Assembly: GCA_050287085.1 (NCBI GenBank)
Contig: JBNKBE010000009.1
Location: forward strand, 32,001 to 96,000
Direction of reading: 5' to 3'
Origin: Polyangiaceae bacterium
GTDB lineage: Bacteria > Myxococcota_A > Polyangia > Polyangiales > Polyangiaceae
Length of the DNA stretch: 64,000 nucleotides
Below are positions 59,781 through 64,000 of this stretch, piece by piece. How positions within the stretch are numbered: position 1 is the first letter of the stretch; every line of letters starts with the position of its first letter. Below the pieces are notes generated by a model, which saw only the letters and a list, made by a program, of their open reading frames with translations, was not told the DNA's origin and made no database searches. The position numbers were made by a program, and so were the translations under genes.

Positions 59781-61589
59781 CTAGCGCGCTTGTTCCAACA
59801 CCCCCGCGTCAACGCAACTCAAGCAGCCCTGCGGGCATTGCGTGCTAGTGACCAGCGCGTTGATGACACGCTCCAGCCGGTCATCCTTGGGCAGCGGCTG
59901 TGCACTCAACACGCGACGGCGCTCTCGACAACCGCTCGCGACCACAAGCGCTGCGCCAAGTTGAGTTGCTGCAGTTGCGCGCTTCACAAACTCCGGTGAG
60001 TCGAGCCATGCGCGCGCGCGGCGCGCCGTCGCCGGAGGAACACCCGCAGTCGTAGCCAGATCGAGCGCGATGTCAGGGCCGATCGCGCCCGTCTTGTCCG
60101 AGCTGAGAAGGGCAAATCCAGCTTCGGCTTCAGCGCCTTGAGTCATGAACCACAACGCGCTCTTCATATGCGGACTGCCCACGGCCCCGGGGTCCGTCGT
60201 AAGAGCATCGGTCAGAGTATCTAACGCCAATCGCTCTTTGCCGGCCTTCTGCTGCAAGCGCGCCTGAGCCGCGCGAACCGCCCCATCCCGAGGAAAGCGC
60301 GCCGCCAGCGCGTCGAGGGCCAACGCGCCGGCCTTCTGTGCCTCGCGAATCGCGCTCGCCGACGCCCGCGCCTCCCCGGGCAGGGGCGCTCTAGCGTCGC
60401 TTGCCACTACCTTCGGCGCGGATTCGTCCGGCGCCGGCTGATTCACCTCCGGCCCATCCAATCCCACCAGCAAGCCAGCAATCCCGCCAAGCAAGACCAC
60501 GGGCACAGCGATCAGCCCCCAAAGCGGAACCGCATCGAGTAGTTTCCAAAGCCCCTTGGGCGTCACGGCTCGCAGTCTCCGCGCACGCTCCGCCTCACGC
60601 CGGCTCTGAGCTAACGCCTCAGAAGCATTGAGCGCCGACCGCGGTCCGCCTTGCTCCCGCCGATACTCTTCAGCCAGTGCCTCCGCGACCGCCGCGGCCG
60701 GTCCCAGTCGGGCCGAAGCCTCGTTAACCAAGAGCAGTCTAACAATCTGCTCCACCGACGAGCTGACCTGCACTTGGGGACACTTCTCCGCAAGTGCTGG
60801 AAGCTTGCCAGCAAGCTGTTGTCCAAGCACCCCGAGCTCTTTGCCTCCGACGAAAGGCCGCTTCCCTGAGAGCATTTCAAATAGAATGACCCCAAGAGAG
60901 TACAAGTCGGCACGGGCGTCTACCGACTGTCCAAGCGCCTGCTCCGGTGCCATGTAGTCCGGCGTGCCAAACACCATGCCCGCTTTGGTGATGGTCTCCC
61001 CCGTGTCCTTACCTGTATCGACCGCGGTCATACCTCCAGCCGCGATCTCGACGGGCACTTTGGCAACGCCGAAATCCAACACCTTGACGAAATCGGGATC
61101 CGAACCGCGCTGGACGAGCATCACGTTCTCGGGCTTCAGATCCCGATGGACGATGTCGAGAGCATGGGCCGCAGCCAGCGCCGACGCGATCTGACCTGCG
61201 ATATGAAGGGCCCTGGCTTCCGAAAGCGGCCCTTCATTGAGCACACTGCGAAGGGTCCGCCCTTCGACATACTCCAATATCAGGTATACCGAACCGTCAG
61301 AAAGCTTACCAAAGTCGGTCGCCGCCGCGACGTTGGGGTGCTCGATGTGCGCGGCCGCCAGCGCTTCCCGTTCAAAGCGTGCCAATACCTCCGGAACCCG
61401 AGTGAGTTCCCGCCGCAAGACCTTGATTGCCACCGCCTTGCGCATGTGCACGTGTTCCCCAAGGAACACCCGTCCCATCGCCCCCTCGTCCAGCAACTTG
61501 ACGACTCGGTAGCGCTCCCCCACGAGCATGCCCGCAACAGGAATGCTCGTGGGCGGGGCCGGAGGCAACCGTGCGGACATGGTGCTCAT
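59781..61589 (-). CDS. Membrane-anchored Ser/Thr protein kinase with helical extracytoplasmic domain
   Basis: EGAMG, VAIK, HRDLKPEN, DFG, GTPDYMAPE, DLYSLG; TM helix; ends C..GCLSC; start uncertain. Confidence 0.95.
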   Translation of the reverse strand: MSTMSARLPPAPPTSIPVAGMLVGERYRVVKLLDEGAMGRVFLGEHVHMRKAVAIKVLRRELTRVPEVLARFEREALAAAHIEHPNVAAATDFGKLSDGSVYLILEYVEGRTLRSVLNEGPLSEARALHIAGQIASALAAAHALDIVHRDLKPENVMLVQRGSDPDFVKVLDFGVAKVPVEIAAGGMTAVDTGKDTGETITKAGMVFGTPDYMAPEQALGQSVDARADLYSLGVILFEMLSGKRPFVGGKELGVLGQQLAGKLPALAEKCPQVQVSSSVEQIVRLLLVNEASARLGPAAAVAEALAEEYRREQGGPRSALNASEALAQSRREAERARRLRAVTPKGLWKLLDAVPLWGLIAVPVVLLGGIAGLLVGLDGPEVNQPAPDESAPKVVASDARAPLPGEARASASAIREAQKAGALALDALAARFPRDGAVRAAQARLQQKAGKERLALDTLTDALTTDPGAVGSPHMKSALWFMTQGAEAEAGFALLSSDKTGAIGPDIALDLATTAGVPPATARRARAWLDSPEFVKRATAATQLGAALVVASGCRERRRVLSAQPLPKDDRLERVINALVTSTQCPQGCLSCVDAGVLEQAR

Positions 61590-61756
61590 TGTATCGTCCA
61601 AGGTCACCATTGCGATAGGGGCAGCGCGTATTTTCGCGCTCCTACGCGTTCCGGCGTGGGTCAAGCAAAGAGCCCAACTCCCTAGCGGGAATTGGGCTCA
61701 TTTGCTTGGCGTCAGCTCAGCCTAAACCGAGTTGCGCATCGAGAACGAATCCCGAC

Positions 61757-63691
61757 CTACTTCGCTTCCTTGAGCGCCACCTGTACGAGCTTATCAAAGT
61801 TCTCGTAGGGCTGAGCACCGTTGACGAAGTACCCGTTGATCAGGAACGCCGGGGTCCCCCGAACGCCGGCCTTGCGGGCCGCTTCGACGTCCGCCTCAAC
61901 GTGCTTCTGATGCGTCCGACCATCCAGAGCCGCTTTGAACTTCGCCATGTCGAGGCCTAGCTCGGCTGCGTACTTGTCGAGGTCAGCGCGCTCCAAGGCT
62001 TTCTGGTTGTCGAAGAGCTTGTCGTGCATTGCCCAAAACCCGGTAGCTCCACGCTGCACGAATGCCTCCTGAGCTGCCTCAGCGGCCAAAGGCGCTTGCT
62101 TGTGGAAAGGCAAAGGCATGTTGCGCCAGACCATCTGTATGTCGTTCGGATAGGTCTTGAGCAACTGCGCTACTGTCGGATTAACGCGCGAACAGAAGGG
62201 GCACTGGAAGTCCGAAAACTCCTGAATGACCACCTTGGCGCCGGCTTTGCCCTTGGTCGGGTTTGCCGCCGACACCGGCGGTACGTCACGCTTCTCGGGC
62301 GGGGGTGGCCCCTTAGCGGACTTCATGACCGCGGCGTAAACCTGGGACCGCGGCGTTCCCTTCTCGACCAACGCGCGCGCTACCTTCAGGCGATCATCGA
62401 TCAGCTCCTCGAACTTGGCCAAAGGCTGCGCGCCGCTCAGACGGCGACCGTTGATGAAGAAGTGTGGTGTTCCACGCGCGCCCACGTCGCTGGCGAGCGT
62501 TTGACTCTCCGCTATGCGCGCGGCAATGGCCTTGTCAGCAATGGCCGCGTCGACCTCAGCAGCTGACAAGCCCAACTGGGCGCCAAAGCCCTTCAATGCA
62601 CTCGGGTCGGCAAAGCTCTTCTGGCCGCCGAACAACAAGTCGTGAGCCTTCCAGAAGGCGTCGGAGCCCCCCTTCTTGAAAGCGGCACGAGCGATCGCGG
62701 CTGCCGGTTTGGCGTTCTTGTGGAATGGGAGGGGATTGTCCTTCCACACGACGCGAACGTCCTGACCGTACTTCTCCATGACCGACTTCAAGGTCGGGTT
62801 CACGCGCGAGCAGAACGGACACTCAAAGTCCGAGAACTCGACGATCGTGACCAGCGCGTCAGCTCCGCCCTTGACGGGGTCGTCCTCGCGAACCTCCACC
62901 TTCCACACGGTGGTATCCTCTTTCGGCTCCTCCTGGGCTTTCGGCGCAGTGAAGTTCTTCTTCGTGAGCAGGGCGCTGACTTCCGAAGCCTTCGTACCCT
63001 TCTTGACCAATGCGTCCGCTTCTTTGAGCTGCTCGTCGATCACCGTCTTGAAGCGCTCGAAGGGCTGGGCCCCGGCCAAGGTCACGCCATTGATGCGAAA
63101 CGCGGGCGTGCCCGTCGCTCCGATCTTGCGATTGCCCGCCATGTCCTTCTGGATCGCCGCAACGAGCTTCTTGTTGTCGGCCAATGCTGCCTTAAACTTG
63201 GCAGCGTCCACGCCAGCCTCGGTCGCCCATTTCTCGAAGTTCTCGGGCGTCAAAGCCTTCTGGTTGGCAAATGCCAGGTCGTGGAACTTCCAGAAGGCGT
63301 CGTTGCCGCCCAACTCAAATACGGCCTGCGCGGCTTCGTGAGCGGGTTGCGCCTGCTTGTGGAAGGGAAGGGGGTTGTGCTTCCAGACAAAGCGAACCTT
63401 GTCGCCGTAGGTCTCCTTGATCTGCTTCAGCGTGCCGTTTACACGACTGCAGAAGGGGCACTGAAAGTCGCTGATCTCCACGATGGTGACCAGTGCATCC
63501 GCTTTGCCCCACGTCGGATCGTCCTGCTCGATGGGGATCGGGCCACCGCTAGCCGCGTTGGTGGGGGCTACCTCAGCAGCCGGCTCGGGGCTGACAGCAA
63601 CACCCTCTTTGCTCTTGTTGTAGCCGTACATGACGAAGATCCCGAGCATGAAGCTCACGACCATTCCGACAATGGCTTGTCCTTTTTGCAT
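61757..63691 (-). CDS. DsbA-like protein with three thioredoxin-fold domains
   Basis: N-terminal anchor; three SDF[QE]CPFCSRV motifs, each followed by PLPFHK and GTP.F.ING. Confidence 0.93.
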   Translation of the reverse strand: MQKGQAIVGMVVSFMLGIFVMYGYNKSKEGVAVSPEPAAEVAPTNAASGGPIPIEQDDPTWGKADALVTIVEISDFQCPFCSRVNGTLKQIKETYGDKVRFVWKHNPLPFHKQAQPAHEAAQAVFELGGNDAFWKFHDLAFANQKALTPENFEKWATEAGVDAAKFKAALADNKKLVAAIQKDMAGNRKIGATGTPAFRINGVTLAGAQPFERFKTVIDEQLKEADALVKKGTKASEVSALLTKKNFTAPKAQEEPKEDTTVWKVEVREDDPVKGGADALVTIVEFSDFECPFCSRVNPTLKSVMEKYGQDVRVVWKDNPLPFHKNAKPAAAIARAAFKKGGSDAFWKAHDLLFGGQKSFADPSALKGFGAQLGLSAAEVDAAIADKAIAARIAESQTLASDVGARGTPHFFINGRRLSGAQPLAKFEELIDDRLKVARALVEKGTPRSQVYAAVMKSAKGPPPPEKRDVPPVSAANPTKGKAGAKVVIQEFSDFQCPFCSRVNPTVAQLLKTYPNDIQMVWRNMPLPFHKQAPLAAEAAQEAFVQRGATGFWAMHDKLFDNQKALERADLDKYAAELGLDMAKFKAALDGRTHQKHVEADVEAARKAGVRGTPAFLINGYFVNGAQPYENFDKLVQVALKEAK

Positions 63692-64000
63692 ATTTCTTGG
63701 TTCTCCAGGCCGCAAACGCTGCGGCACACAAATGTCAAACAAACGTCCTGGCGTACTGCTACGCCGACGAGGCAGCGCTCTATGCCGCCGATAAACGCAG
63801 CCCAGTGCGAGAAGCAACAGGCCTCACACCTCTGGTTGCATCATGGGCCGCGGGCACCAGTCCCTCGCCTAAACTGCAGAATGTAGGGGCCGGCTTCAAA
63901 CCGGCTCAGGCCTTGGGCGGGCGAAAAATGCTGTCGGCCAGCCCCTGTTGGGGCCCTGAGGGAGCCGGGACCCATTCGATCCCAACGCTCGCCGCGTCAG

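Noticed and set aside
62642..63886. 414-aa plus-strand ORF
   Set aside because: Antisense shadow of the triple DsbA gene

Overview
GC-rich bacterial chromosomal segment whose gene content (Hanks-type Ser/Thr kinases, TPR/PEGA protein, TIGR02266-type PilZ protein, MYXO-CTERM-like tail, many Gly/Ala-linker and Cys-rich lipoproteins) points to Myxococcota, most likely Polyangiales (inference). About 45 CDSs and one tRNA-Ser(GGA). Housekeeping genes (rluA-like, asd, rtcB, dCMP deaminase, single-chain acyl-CoA carboxylase, aat, lolA, ruvC, yhbY, orn, tcdA, sdhCAB, tatD, glcD-like, thrS) are interleaved with uncharacterised envelope and signalling genes. I saw no integrase, transposase, prophage, rRNA or CRISPR array. 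The best candidates for undescribed biology are: (1) a kinase / TPR-PEGA / mini-lipoprotein cassette set head-to-head with a giant lipoprotein carrying 8+8 Cys-rich repeats around an unknown central domain; (2) a surface trypsin protease with four 4-Cys LDL-receptor-class-A-like modules; (3) an RTX-repeat lipoprotein with flagellin-like inserts, flanked by two predicted glycosyltransferase-type genes and lolA; (4) two diverged arylsulfotransferase-like lipoproteins; (5) a three-domain DsbA. All family calls come from motif recognition by eye; no searches were run.
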